Assembly: GCA_951406725.2 (NCBI GenBank)
Contig: OX597815.1
Coordinates: 104,098,001 to 104,162,000, forward strand
Origin: Octopus vulgaris
Taxonomy: Eukaryota
DNA: 64,000 bases
Reading direction: 5' to 3'
Shown: positions 43,209 to 58,637 of the stretch, piece after piece
Layout of the letters: each line of letters opens with the position of its first letter
Position numbering within the stretch: the first letter of the stretch is position 1
Made by a program: the position numbers and the translations under genes
Notes under the pieces: generated by a model
The model's database searches: none
Told to the model about the DNA's origin: nothing
Seen by the model: only the letters and a program-made list of their open reading frames with translations

Positions 43209-44497
43209 TTTATATATATTGATATATATATATATATATATACATATCAGAGATTCCAAGATAGCTGGTCTACTGCCCTGCCATACATAGAGCCAGTCAA
43301 AATGACCGACGTCAACAGCTGAACTTGTTATGCCTGGACAAATGAACAAGATTACTATTATGTCGTACCATTTGAAGAGAAATTAATGTTCTTTTATCTT
43401 AATAAATACACTTTACAAGATTGCATCATAGTATTATCTATAATTATAATAAATCTATAAAAAGAAAATTGCAACTGCAAAAGTTTACTAATGAAATGCT
43501 AAAATGACTTTTGAATCGCCCGAACATTGTCCTATACTTTCCCTAGTTACTATACATATTATATGTCAGTATATACATATCTATATATGTATATGTATGG
43601 ATATGTATATATATATATATATATCATTTAAATATGTGTGTGTGAATGAACATATATATATGTAACAGATGTATTTTAATTTCAGTTACACACATGTATT
43701 CCCTTCCCCCTCATTCAGTTGTTCAGGCTGCAATTAAGAGGCATTATAAACATTGAGATATTTTAATCACTAAAATAATAATTCTTCAATTATCATTTAA
43801 TACGAAGCAACTTAGTAGAATTGTATCAACTTCGAAGAATAATATCAATTTTAACACATTTATATCACAAATTTAACCCAATTAAAGTTTCATAATTACT
43901 ATTAATATTTAGATGCATGATATTCATAAATCTTGGCTCAATTTGAGAACACTATGCCTTTCATAGTTTAATTAATTGCTTAGACCTAGAATCTGGAAAT
44001 TCATTTCAACAAATAAGCAAACTCATGTTTCTAATTCTGATATATAAGAAGACTACGGAGAAATTTTTTATCAAAATTAAGGTGAGATATGTTTTCTAAT
44101 CGAATGTCATAAGATAAGCTATTAACTGTTGAATGTACTTTTTATAACATAAGGATAAGATTGAGAATGCATGCTAGGTATTTTTTGCATTATTTTTGCT
44201 ATATTTTCTATTTTCAAGACACTAATATCAGATCCGAAAAATATCAAAGTATATGTGTATTTTTACATGTATTGGTGCATTATTTTAATGAATTTTTTAA
44301 CAACAATACCTCTAAAAAGAGGTTTAGCTTAACTGTTTACCTTCCATGATCTGGCCATTCTCAAAATTTTCCATCCTGGTTTGTTTATGGCAGTATACCT
44401 ATAATGAACGTATAAATAGAATATTCCAACTTTATATTTTCTTATAACACACAATAAACATCTTTCATTACTCCTTTTCTCATTTTCTCTCTCACGT

Positions 44498-44557
<60 letters not shown>

Positions 44558-47500
44558 ACACTCTCTCTTTCTCTTTCTCTCACTCTTACTCTATCTGTTT
44601 ACCTATCTCACTCAGGTTCTCTCCTTTCTCATTCAATTTTTGTTCATCTAAAAACTTCGAACTATCAATTATTGACAATTTTTTTGTTTTCTTATAGAAG
44701 CAACATTTGCCATGGCTTCTAGTGAATAGCATTGTGCCACAAAATTATAATAGAGTTCAGAGACTAAAGTCTCTCTGAAAAATATTATATGAATAATGAA
44801 GTGTTGTTTGTTTTTCTTAATACAAAATATCTTTATACCAATGTTTTTTACACGTTGTGTTTATTTGAGATTGTAAACAGATATTGTATGAAAAGAAATA
44901 TTAATTTCTTTCTTAAAAACACATATTCAGAATAATATTTTTCGCATCAGTCCCAATTAGTTTTCTCCAAACAACAATTGTATGATATTTACAATATAAA
45001 GCGAAATTATTGTAACACACTAATATTTATATTAATTACGATTTCAGGATATAGATTACAAATTAACTATAAAACCCTATTATGTTAATTATTAATATGA
45101 ATTATTTTGTTATGTAGACTTATGGCTAATAAAAGAAACCGTAATTAATATTATTAATTACAACGATAATAATAGACATCGATTTGTTCTGTTCTTCTAT
45201 AACTACATTCGTGTGTCTCTGCGATTATATTATCAATGTCTTTCATAGCTGAGGTGAGAAACATTGAATGAATATTTATTTTGTAGGTCAGTAACTCAGA
45301 AAAAAATGTTTTGGAATTGAATTACAATCACATGACCGATGGGAAGCATTGCACATTAGCTATAACCGAAACTGTAACTTCCTTGTTTACACACAACATC
45401 TTTAGCGTCGTGACACACCAAATTTCCAATGCGTGTAAGGTAATAACTGACTCAAATGTTAATAAATATTCAACGACTCAACAATGGCATAATGTCTTTG
45501 AGTATGCAAATAATTTTCTTTAATTCCCCGTGATTATCATTTGACACATTCAATGGCGTAAATGCAAAATTTGAAAAATGCTTTGGACTGAAAAAAAGCG
45601 ATGCTTTTATTGACTATTCAGTAGGATTCTTGTAAAATGCTCAGAGAACGCAGTACATGATGGGTTTTAATTGAACGATTGTGATCGATATTTGATGTTG
45701 GCAAGCTTCCATTGTGCAGGTGAATAATATGGAACACGAAATTACTACTGCTTAACGAATGTGCATAAGAAGTTAAACTGAGCCAGATAAAAACTACAAT
45801 AATTAGAAAACTAAAGAACTTTTTCATATAAGAAACTAAAATGTGTCTTTCCGATGAATAGGCTTTTTTTTTAATATACAACTGTATGAAAGATTTTCTC
45901 CATGCAAAAGCTTCACTGAGCTATTTTTGATTATTGCAGACATATTCAGGCAACTGCTCCATCGTAACGATTGAAATATATCGTCATAATGATGGGTTAC
46001 TACAGTAATCTTATAAAAATCTCAGTATTTATACGGTGAAAACAACGTTTCTAGTATATGGAGAGATTATTTGCAAAGTTAGGCATTAAAATAACTGGTT
46101 TGCTCCAGTGTAAGAGTTAAACAGGATTGTATATAAAAATTTTGTAGCTTTCAAATGATTATGTTTAAACTATATGGAATTCTAATGCCTTTTAGACGGC
46201 ATCACTATCACATATTCATATTCACATACTATATATAAGAAACAAATACGACCACAGATTTAAGATGTCAGCTCAATCTAAAGTCATGAAATAATGTTCT
46301 AAGCTAGTCGAGATTGAAAACTGGTTCGATTTTCTAGTTGAAACCGTACAATTACTTCTAACCAATAAATTTTAAAATTTCTCACCGTTGATGAAATACA
46401 TCACTACTTTTCATTTCCACACGACTAAAACTTTAAGAAATATGTATTTTATCTTTAGGAATGATAAATATCAACAAATTAAACATGCCTGTTTGTTTAA
46501 TATTTGAAAAAATATAGTATTTGAACTAAGAAGCCATGTTGCAAAATTGAGGATTAAAATAACTACCCAGCCAAATTAAGACTTTTTAAGTTGATTTATT
46601 TTAATTCTTTACATTTGCCATGCTTTTATTTTTTTACCTTGTTGATTTTATACATGCAAATGAATGAAATAAAATTCTCCTATCTGAAAATTCTCCTTGC
46701 TAATACTATATTGTCACGACGATCAACTATTACTCTCTTGTTTATTTTCTAATTAATTATTTTAATCATCATTGCTCAAAGAAAATTAATAAAAATCTGC
46801 ACCATATAACATATACCTTATCACAAACAATTACGTACACATACACACACACACACATGCGCATACAACATATACATATTTATACATGCAAACACATATA
46901 TACTCACTCATATATATGCACATACACAAACACGCACGATGCTTAATTTCGACCAATGACACAATTGGGGCAGACGTAATCATAAGCTGACGTTATACAG
47001 ATTTCCTCTTAATTTTAGTGGCGTCTATCAATTGTTAGTTGATCTGGTATCTTACTCTTTGATATCGTCGATAGCATCAGTCACACAGCAAAGTTAATGA
47101 GAGTCTTAAAACAAAATTCAATAATGTTAATAAGGCAGTAAACTATAATTAGGTATCGATGAATAAAACTTTACAATTGATACTGCTCACTTTACTGTGG
47201 ATTGCTTCTGTTCTGACGTTAGCCTTTGATTTCTGTTCGTTTAAAATAATCACTAGAATCTAATTTTCTGGTGTGACAAGTGTAGAGCGAACGAAGTTAG
47301 TTTCTTTGTGGGTGCAATTGTCAATTAAATCCTTGTGCAGCTAAACACACATTTTTCAAATCAAAAAAACTTTTACCAAAATTTTTGCTGTTTGTTTAGG
47401 TTGGTGCTTGCTGTAGTTTTGATAAATATGTGCGTTATGGTGTGTATATGTATGGGAGTGTTTATGTGTATGCAGGGCTGCAATGTGTTTTTTTTTTTTC

Positions 47501-47654
47501 ATGATATATATATATGTGTAGTCGTGACACTCTCTTCTCTTTCTTTACCTTTTTCCTTCTATATATGCATATATATATATATATATATATCACACCGACT
47601 GTCATTTCCTTTGCATCTTTTCTCTTCTTACTTCCCCCTCTCTATATATATTTA

Positions 47655-47686
<32 letters not shown>

Positions 47687-49583
47687 CATGTATACATACA
47701 CGTATATTATATATTATAGATGTATGAGTGTGAATTTGTTTACATTGTGCACGAGCGAGTGTGTGTATCTGTGCGTAAGAAGCAATTCCAAAGCCACTAT
47801 ATGATACTATGTATATATTTATATATACATGTATATATTGTTTATAGATATATATTTATTCTTTGACTCTTCAGCTACCATTTCAGCACCTACCGCTTTT
47901 CTTCTTGAACTGAATTTATTATCACTTCCCTCTCTCTTTAATCCATCATTCACAATATATCGTATCTATGAAGTCCTTGTTAGACACTCTATAAAATCCT
48001 TCCTCTCACAGTACTGGGGTTGACTCGTTCGATCAAAATACTTCAAGGTGGCTGCAGTCCAATGACTGAAACAATTATTAGATAAAATATATACGTTATG
48101 AAGCTCATATTTTCTATTAAAATATTAATAAATTGTTAATGTTGTTGCTGCTATTTCTGTTGTTGTTGCGTGTTCCCAGTCAGTCGTGATCGAGCCCACC
48201 TAGGCATCTCTGTGTAAACGTATCTTTTTATATAGTCATAAACACATCGCCCAGGATGCACTTCATTATTAGTGTACGATATGGAGAAAGATTTGGTTGC
48301 TACTCCTAACAAGCTGAGTAACTATTTGCTCCCTCGCTAGTTTAAAAACATCAAATTGGTGCAAGCTGACCATAAAATATATGGTTCTGTATGAACCTGG
48401 AGATACGACGATCACAATCCTTGGTTGAATTATTCAAAAGATAGCTTCTTACTATTGATTGGATGACGTGCGACTGGTTTGGGGAATTTCATAGTTTTTG
48501 AGATTCATTAGTAAAAAGAACTGAATTCCACCATCATACATAGTTAAATTCGATTAAATGGAACTCATTCATCAATTATAAATCTACTTGCATTATGGCT
48601 TTATGATTTATCGACAGATTATATGACGGTTTGAAAAGATCTTATTAGCTGCAAAACTGCGAACTCATCGTTCTGGACTTGTGGTTGTGGCGAAGGCAGA
48701 AGGTGACAGTTAGCGGCCGAAATAATGTCAACAGTGTTCTATAATTCTAGACAGTCTGTAGATATGCAATATCAATTCATGTACTGACTCTAAGTCTCTA
48801 TTTTGAAGCCTTTGTGGTTGTTGCTTTTTTATGCTTTTTTTGCTTTTGTATTTGTTTCTTTGTGTTTTTTTCGCCCTTCCACTATCATGTTTGATTCTGC
48901 AGTTCTATTTGTTCTATTTGCTGTTATGTTTACGATTTTGAACCACTTTACTGATTAGATCTTCAGTTTTAAGGCACTTTGTGTTACTGTTGCGTCATTT
49001 ACTGTTATTGGTGAATTGGCAGAATTTGCTCTGATTCCTTATGTTCTAGGTTCGAATTCCGTTAAGATCAACGTTGTTTTACATCCTTCCGGAGTAAATT
49101 AAATAGTGTGTCAGTAAAGATTTGGAGTTGATGTATTCTAGAGTTGACTCCTACCAAAATTTCTAGTTTTGTGCCTATTAGAAGTCATTATTATCCTTCC
49201 TCTCATCACGCCGTCATCTTTAACCTCCTCCTTATCATCACAGGATAACAATAATTCCTAGTACCATCAATATCATAATAATCAAAGTTACTGTCTCTAT
49301 TATCATCATCACTATCTATATCATGCACCCGTTATCATCATCATTACCTCCACCTTCATCATTTCTTCCTTCGTTATTATCACCATCCACCTCATGCAAC
49401 ACCATCCACTCTTAAATAGAGGCCAATGGTCTATTACGTCGAAATATAAAACATGAAGATAATAAGCGAAACATCTTCGATAACACGTCTTCTGGATTAG
49501 GAATTACCTGGTGGGAAGTGGGGGCGTGAAATAGCAAACATTTATTATAATTGTTTTTATGCTTTTAATATTTCACTAATATA

Positions 49584-49800
49584 AGGCGGTGAACTGGCAG
49601 AATCGTTAGCCTGCCGGACAAAATGGTTAGAAGCATTTAATCCGCCAGTACATTCTGGGTTCACACGCGGTCGAGGTCCACTTTGCTTTTCATCCCTTTC
49701 GGGGTCGATAAAATAAGTACCAGTTGAGCACTGGAGTCGACGTAATCGACTTACCCTCTCACCCAAAGTTGCTGGCCTTCTGCCAAAAATTTGAAACCAA
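49584..49800 (+). mobile_element. SINE family A
   Basis: aggcggtgaactggcagaatcgttagc...gctttcatccctttcggggtcgataaaataagtaccag. Confidence 0.85.
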
Positions 49801-50404
49801 TATTTCACTGGTATTTACACACTAACAAATAAATTATGAATTAACAGCTTTGATTTTAGTATAAGTGATAAGCCTGTTAAACACAATTTCCGGACAGACC
49901 AAGAAAGTAGTAACTTTCTTCCCGACAGGGCGCGAAATATTTATTATTCGTTTGCGATACCAGTGCATCTAATGCCGAAATATTAGAAACTATTGATCTG
50001 TTTTCTCTCTTCTTTTTTTTTTTTGTTGTTTCTCTGGGTTGAGATCATACTGAAGTAACATTTACAATGCTAACTGGACTATATTTTTGGGATGAGGGGT
50101 GAGATATTATGTGAATTTAGCATTAGAGATCCTTTCTAAAAAGCAATCGTGAGTTTGGCATGAACGTAGCGCTCATATTACAGCGCTCTTGATATTTCAG
50201 AGAGAGAAACTATTCTCAAATTGAGCACCTAGCTCTGGGCCAAGTGACTTGCAAGTCTTCTAATCGGTAAAATTAGTTAATCAGCTTACTATATTATTAA
50301 AAGTAATAAAATTTTTATTACTCAGTTATTTTTGTTTTGAAGCGTAATTTTTTCTTTACCCGGGTTCCCATATGTAAATCAACATTTCAACCTCACCAAA
50401 TATT

Positions 50405-50607
50405 GATTTCAAATTTTGGCACAAGGCCAGCAATTTCGGGGGAAGTGGTGAGTCGACCCCAGTAATCAACTGGTACTTATTTTATTGAACTGAAAGGATG
50501 AAAGGCAAAGTCGACCTCGGCGGAATTTGAACTCAGAACGTAAAGACAGACGAAATGCCGCAACACATTTTGCCCGGCGTGCTAACGAGTCTACCAGCTC
50601 GCCGTCT
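50405..50607 (-). mobile_element. SINE family A, inverted relative to the 49584 copy
   Basis: gaaaggatgaaaggcaaagtcgacctcggcggaatttgaactcagaacg...gctaacga...ccagctcgccg. Confidence 0.85.
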
Positions 50608-51174
50608 TAACCACACCAAATATTAAAAAATATATCCAAAAGGAAAAGAGAGTGAGTATACATATGTGTGTGTATGTGGTTTGATTTAACTATCACTAAG
50701 AACGCATACATAAAGTGGACAGACAGACAGACAAACAGATAGGCACATGATGAGGATGCGAGAAACAGACAGAGAAAGGAGGGAGAGAGAGAAAGAGAGA
50801 GAGTCTGATATTTTATGAATATAATTAAATACATATCCTTCGTGTTTAAACAGACATTACTCGGATTTAAAGGTTACATAATACAAAATTAATTTACCGA
50901 TAAACATTTACAAACTTCCATTATTACACATTTAATTTTTTGAATGAATCTGGGCTATTCTGCTTTTGCTTTTGGGATTTTTGCGTTCATATTTCCTTTC
51001 GAGCAGACTATACTAGACTAAATTTAGAGTTTACTTTTACCGTTAAAAATAAAATATATTTTGGAACCAGTGTTACGTTTCTGTATTTGTCAAATAAGTG
51101 GTATAGTTTTCTACACATCTTATCGCTAAAGAAACTAACACAAACAGATACAAACGTAGTACATACATACATAC

Positions 51175-51274
<100 letters not shown>

Positions 51275-52402
51275 ATTGAGAAAGAAAGAAAGAAAGAAAG
51301 AAAAAGTGAGATGAGTAAACAGAAAGATGGAGACATGTTTACATACAATATACTTGTTTCAGTCATTATGCAGCTTCCAAGCTAAGACATCATCTTGAAG
51401 TGTTTAGTCAATGCAAATCGACACCAGTTCATTTTAAGTAGAGTACTAACTATATTGGCTCTTTTTGCCGAACCGCTAACTTACAGGGACGAATGACACA
51501 TCCATTATTCTCTTACGGCTCGCACTGTATGTTGTTTTAGCATCAACACCAAGCCGCAACGACCGGATGTATGTACGTAAGCATGAGTATTAAACTATGG
51601 TTGCAGAACAAACAAATATAAGGTCATCCACCTAACATTTCACATCTCGAACATTTAATCACATAATGATTTTTCTTTCATATAGAATATACATGCATAA
51701 AATCACGGAAGATGAAGCACAACTCATCAATGCAAGCATATAAGAAAAATATTAGAAAAATGTGTGAATATAGTCCATCGTAAGCATGAATATTGATGTA
51801 CATACAAACGTATGCATGAATACACACACACATAGATATATATGAGAGTATGCGTATATGTATTTAAGTACGTATGTAGTACTTGTGATACAACATGAAT
51901 GTTTATTACTGACTCTCCTCCTAGAAATGTTTTATTGTGTAAAGCGAATCGAAGCCCTGGACTGAAAGTTAAAACAAATCTCACTTCAAAGAGGATTAAT
52001 GTAATTTAATTCGTTGATACGTCTCGCAAAACCATTTAAATAACCAACTATATTTCTCTTAATTCCCATTTGTCTAAACACTTATCTTGTTCATTATGTT
52101 TTAGTATTAGTATCACAGTCGCGAATATACAATGTAAAAGGTATGATATACACAATATACTAAATGCGTTATATTCTCGTTGACTAATTCAAAGCTATGT
52201 TGCATGTGTCAGACTCATTTAAATTTAATGACTTGCTGTGTATAATTTACAAGCGACCAACTCGATCAACATTAACTGTCAAAACTTAAGTAAAGTTTAT
52301 TGGTAATATGATGATATAGGTCATCGAATATAGATTTGATCACAAGAATGTTTATATGTGTTTATGTATGTGTCTATGTATATATGTATATCTTTATACA
52401 GT

Positions 52403-52568
52403 AGAGGCGCAATGGCCCAGTGATTAGAGAAGCGGATTCGCGGTTGTGGGATCGCGATTTCGACTCCCAGACCGGGCGTTGTGAATGTTTCTTGAGCGAA
52501 AACACCTAAAGCTCCATGAGGCTCCTGTAGGGAGTGGTGGTGAAACCTGCCGTACGCTTTCACTACAA

Positions 52569-52636
<68 letters not shown>

Positions 52637-52832
52637 TCTTGTTTCTGTTGTATTTGTATTTCAAAGGGCCAGCCTTGTCACACCATGTATCACGTTGAAT
52701 TTCCCCGAGAACTACGTTTAGGGTACATGTGTCTGTGGAGTGCTCAGCCACTTGCACGTTAATCTCACGAGCAGGCTGTTCCGTTGATCGGATCAACTGG
52801 AACCCTTGTCGTTGTAACCGATGAGGTGCTAC
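52403..52832 (+). mobile_element. tRNA-derived SINE family C with internal (CT)n
   Basis: A-box-like tggcccagtgatt and B-box-like atttcgactcc, followed by a GC-richer body distinct from families A and B. Confidence 0.75.
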
Positions 52833-52917
52833 GGATCTTTAAACATACATACACTAACATATACATTTAGATATATATACTTATATATACGTACTCGCAT
52901 ACATACATACATACGCT

Positions 52918-52962
<45 letters not shown>

Positions 52963-53171
52963 CTGTATCTGTGTATGTATATATACATATATGTGTGTGT
53001 GTGTGTGTGTCTGCATATATATATATATATATATATATACATTACATATATGTCTATCTGTAAGAGTGTGTACGCGCCAATCTGAATACAAGACACATAT
53101 GCATGAATTTGTAAATTAATGTACACATAGATATGTAGTGTTTTTGTTTCTAATTATTTCAATTTTTCCAG

Positions 53172-53197
53172 TGAAGGCCATTTGAGCTCATTTGCTG
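53172..53197 (+). CDS. Candidate 26-bp microexon
   Basis: Acceptor ttttcaatttttccag and donor CTG|gtgagt; phase 2 reads EGHLSSFA, compatible with the previous candidate exon. Confidence 0.45.
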
Positions 53198-53723
53198 GTG
53201 AGTAAAAAGAAAATCTTTTAAGCCTTAAAACTTTTACTGTTTCATCTAGATGGAATTTACAATTTGCTCGTTAACCGGTTATTTTCTCAGCATCAAAAGC
53301 CTCAATAACTCGACTTTGCTACTTACATATTTCGTAACCCTAACCAAGTGCAGCAATAACTTACGTGTACAGATATGCAGATATGGTTAGAGACACTGTT
53401 TAATATATACATTAGATACGTGGTGTTATCGTCAACTAATTCAAAGCAATGTTGCATGCATCAAACTTCTTAAAAATTAATGAGTTGTTGTACATAATTA
53501 ACAAAGAGCTCAGCCATTTTAACATTAACGTTGCAGCTGTCAAAACTCAAATTATAATTTATTGATGATATAGGACTTCGAACATTAATCTAATGACAAG
53601 AATCTAAGTATTGTGCGATTATAGATTATATCTGATTATATATATGCATGAATATATATATGCATGAATGCGTAAACATAAACAGACGCAGATATACGCA
53701 TATATATGCACACACACACACAC

Positions 53724-53990
<267 letters not shown>

Positions 53991-54019
53991 TATATATATA
54001 TATATACATATATATTTAC

Positions 54020-54240
54020 ATATAATAATATATAAATATATGCATATATACATACATATATGTACATACCTACGTATATATGTATATATACATGCATATA
54101 TGGGTACAGAACATAAAAAAAAAAAACGTTAAACACAATGAGAAACGAAAACATAAAAGCAAAAACATAGAAAACGAACTTTGTTTCGAAAGACGAAAAA
54201 AAAAACAGAGAAACGAGACATGCAACATAAAGAATATGCA
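54020..54240. repeat. Unclassified repeat related to the 42475-42730 insert
   Basis: Shares tatatgcatatatacatacatatatgtacatac...ggg.acag.ac...aaacga...gcaacataaa with the 42475-42730 segment. Confidence 0.65.
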
Positions 54241-54276
54241 TTCAAATAAATGTGTGAGTATATATATATATATATA

Positions 54277-54339
<63 letters not shown>

Positions 54340-54957
54340 TATATATATATATATAGGGTGTGGTTTGTATTCAGTTGCCGTGTAATAAATTCCACTCACA
54401 AAGTAGAGGTTAAACCGATGCTACTATTGGAGACAGTATTTAAGGTATCGCGCCGTAGGAAAAAAAACAGAACTAGATGGTTGCAAAACAAAATTGTTAA
54501 CTACAAAGCAAAACTATGATCATTTTCATTTCCCAACTATTCGGTATTCATTACTGAAACACTGGTAAAATAAGTCTTTCTAAACTCATTTTCGAAACCG
54601 TTTTGTTGTAATTTAGCTTCACATTTAACATTGCATATTGAGTTCAAGGAAAATTTGAATTCATTGCATAAATAATTTCTGTAGATTTGACATATAATAA
54701 TGAAGCTAGTGCCCACGTACGACCGCAATACAATAACTGAAATTAGTAAATATAATAGTTTGTAATAGTGTTGAATTAACAAAAATTGTTTATGCTTTAT
54801 ATTTTCAAGTGCGTTATTAATAGGAATGATATGTGCCCGACTAAAAATCGAACTCAAATCCAATTCATATTCCAATACATAATAGAAAATATCTAGGGTT
54901 TTTGGAATTTAATTCCGAATTCAAAGAAAATATGTGTGTGTGTGTATACATATGCAT

Positions 54958-54988
<31 letters not shown>

Positions 54989-55127
54989 TGTTTCAGGCAG
55001 AGAATAAGCTGTTCAAAGCTTTGAGAAGCAAATAATTCCACTTCCTCTTAAGGGATCTTCATCATAACTAGTCGAGTGCTTTACAAATAAAACCTAGGTA
55101 CCGAACAGGATTAACTCAGTAATGTAC

Positions 55128-55204
<77 letters not shown>

Positions 55205-55257
55205 GTGCACACATACATACATATATACATACATATATATATATGCATATATATATA

Positions 55258-55420
55258 CTGACTCTGTTTATTTCTGTGTTCTTTTCTCTTGAAGAGCGTA
55301 GGCTCGAAACGTAAAAGACTTTCTCACTTACTGAGCGTTAAAATTATACATCTGTTTGTTGTTTACATACCCGCCTTCGTCAATTGTTTTGTTTTTGTTT
55401 TTTTGTAAATTCAAACTATA
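55258..55420 (+). mobile_element. Short (TA)n-embedded element with a degenerate HHR-like motif at 55280-55319
   Basis: UCUUUU-CUCUUGA-A-GAGC(guag)GCUC-GAAA-CG-UA-AAAGA: HHR layout, but core positions 5 and 6 are non-canonical. Confidence 0.5.
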
Positions 55421-55421
55421 T

Positions 55422-55499
<78 letters not shown>

Positions 55500-55509
55500 A
55501 AGATGTACA

Positions 55510-55911
55510 CTTTTACTCTTTTACTTGTTTCAGTCATTTGACTGCAGCCATGTTGAAGCACCGCCTCTAGTCGAAGAAAGCGACCCCAGGACTTATTCTT
55601 TGTAAGCTTAGTACTTATTCTATCGGAATCTTCTGCCAAACCGCTAAGTTTCGGGGGCATAAACACACCAACATCAATCGTCAAGCGATGGTGGGAGGAC
55701 AAACAAAGACACAAAGGCGCACACACATATATATATATTCATATATATACAAATATATATATATATACCACGGGCTTCTTTCAGTTTCCGTCTACCAAAT
55801 CCACTCACAAGATTTTGGTCGGCCCGAGGCTATATTAGAAGGCAATTACAAATGCCACGCAGTGGAGCGGAACCCGGAACCATGTTGATGGGAAGCACAC
55901 CCACTCCTGCG
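55510..55911 (-). mobile_element. SINE family B, near full length; more degraded copies follow to about 56265
   Basis: Tail cttgtttcagtcatttgactgcagccatg, central (TA)n, head cgggcttctttcagtttccgtctaccaaatccactcac...actcctgcgc. Confidence 0.85.
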
Positions 55912-56289
55912 CTTATAATACGTCTTTTATCTTTTATTTGTTCGGTCATTAGACTGCAGATATGCTGGGTAACGAATCAACCTCAGTACATATTTTATCT
56001 AAACCGGGTACTTAGCCTATCTGGTCTTCTAACGAACTGCTAATTTTCAAGGGTGTAAACACGCCAAGACCGGTTGAAAAACCCTTACAAACATGCCCAT
56101 ACATACGGATATACAAACATATATATATATATATATATACACGACGGGCTTTTTACAGTTTCCATCCCAAATTTACTCACAACTCTTTAGTAGAAGACTC
56201 ATGCAGTTAGAGTGAGCCCGCAATTATGGTGTCCAGAAGCAAACTTGTTACTCCACAGCCACTCAAACACATATATATATATATCTTAT

Positions 56290-56331
<42 letters not shown>

Positions 56332-56345
56332 CTTATATATATATA

Positions 56346-56418
<73 letters not shown>

Positions 56419-56575
56419 TCACATATATATACATACGTATATATACGTATCATATATGCATACACACCATACACTTCTTTCGTTTGTCACTCCTTTTCCG
56501 TGGAATAGGAGTATTTTTGACTTCTGCTTTTAGCGACGCACGTGCTTATGTAGTACCCTTGTGTGTTTGCATATA

Positions 56576-56639
<64 letters not shown>

Positions 56640-56642
<3 letters not shown>

Positions 56643-57172
56643 GGTTATTCAAAATGAATGAACTGATTTCACTACGCAATATCTTAATAAGGAAAAGTAA
56701 TAGAAAACTCCAGCTAAGTCACAAGTATTTACTCACAATTAACTTTTATTTCCTGTCTATCAAGTGTTTAATGTGGCCACCCCCTGCAACACGGCCAACA
56801 TCAATGCGATAAGAGAATTCCTCCCAAATGCATATCAGTATACCACGATCCACTGAGTTGATCGCTGTTGTGTTATTTTTTCTTGTGACGATATGTAAAA
56901 GATCACGTTTATGTTCCACCGGTACCCACTAACCTCGATAAGCTTAAACATCGAATAACAACAGTGATCAACCCAGTGGATTGTGATATGCTGATATGCG
57001 TCTGGGAGGAATTCTCTTATCGCATTGATGTTGACCGTGCTGCAAGTGGTGGCCACATTGAACACTTGTAAGACAGGAAATAAAAGTTGATTGACTTAGC
57101 TGGAGTCTTCTGTTGCTTTTCCTTACTAAAATATTGCGTAATGAAATTGGTTCATTCTTTTTGAATAACCAT
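56640..57172. mobile_element. Tc1/mariner-derived fold-back MITE built from two 3' ends
   Basis: Arms of about 220-230 bp (ggttattcaaaatgaatgaac... / ...gttcattctttttgaataacc); the + strand reads YVKDHVYVPPVPTNLDKLKHRIT...VWEEFSYRIDVDRAASGGHIEHL*. Confidence 0.88.
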
Positions 57173-57646
57173 ATATATATGCCCATGAGTTTGCTTCACA
57201 AGCTAAACATAACATATATAATATTAGAAAATGCAGTTTTTATCATTTGTGATGTAACCTGGGATGTTCATGTAATAGTGTTTCATTAGGCTTTGTTATT
57301 TACATAAAGAATGCTGTTCATGATGGCGCAAATCATATATTCCGTCACGTGGCGATGCCGTTTAGTGTGTGTGTGTGTGTCTTTTCTTCGCAATTTATTT
57401 AAGTTCTTTTTCATGGAATTCAAGTCGATAACTAGCAAAGTGACAAGCATTTTCGAGTAAAGATATTTCCCGGATTTTGCAAATATGTGACTGGATTAGA
57501 ATGTGCATATATGTAAATGCAGGCATCTGCACTGATGCAGGTGAATCTGTCTCTTTAGAAATTAGATGCTTTGTATGTGTGGGTATCTATGTATATAAAA
57601 TGTGTATTTGTGCGTGTGTGGATGTGTGTAAGTGTGTGTGTGTGTG

Positions 57647-57689
<43 letters not shown>

Positions 57690-58011
57690 TTTTATTTTGT
57701 TCCAGTACAGGTCATATCGGCGCGAAACTCCGAGTAGGCTATCTACTTTTGATATAATAAACATATTTATTCTCATGTATATAAGTAGTTATACATGTGT
57801 GTGTGTGAGTGTGTGTGTATGTATTACGTATTTATAAATAAATGTATGTGTGCATATATATATACACTGATACATATATACATATATACACATATATACA
57901 CGCATACATGTATGCATACATACATATATCACGTAAACAAATTATGAATCTATTGTTTATGGATTTAACCAAACCAGCTTCGTTATACGTTTTCTTCAAT
58001 TATTTTGACAG

Positions 58012-58045
58012 CATTAGACAAGCAGAAAATTTCTGTATTTCGGTG
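58012..58045 (+). CDS. Candidate 34-bp exon
   Basis: Acceptor ttcaattattttgacag and donor GTG|gtgagt; phase 1 reads ALDKQKISVFR, compatible with the chain. Confidence 0.4.
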
Positions 58046-58375
58046 GTGAGTGACGACAGAGAAACTACATAATTTAACTAATACAACAAATCACAAATAC
58101 AGAATTTACAAATAGATTTCATTATTAAAATTGTATTCTCCTGACTGTCAAATTATTATTAAAGCCATGATTTAAAAGGAATAAAGATCTAAAATTATTT
58201 AAAAGTATAAAATTTTGAAGAAAATAATAATCCACATAATTTATTGATATTTAATAAAATATATTTTATGAAACAATTCGTTTGCCTTTTTTTTCTCGCG
58301 AAAAATGGAATCTTAAAATACTTAAACATATTTCAAGTTACAAAGTTTGTACTTATATACATATATGTACGTATG

Positions 58376-58421
<46 letters not shown>

Positions 58422-58433
58422 TTTATTTGTTTA

Positions 58434-58472
<39 letters not shown>

Positions 58473-58571
58473 ATATATGTATATGAATATATCTATATCA
58501 GTACATATGTATACATACAAACACACACAGACACATATATACAAGTGCGTAATATACATATCTTCATAAAT

Positions 58572-58637
<66 letters not shown>

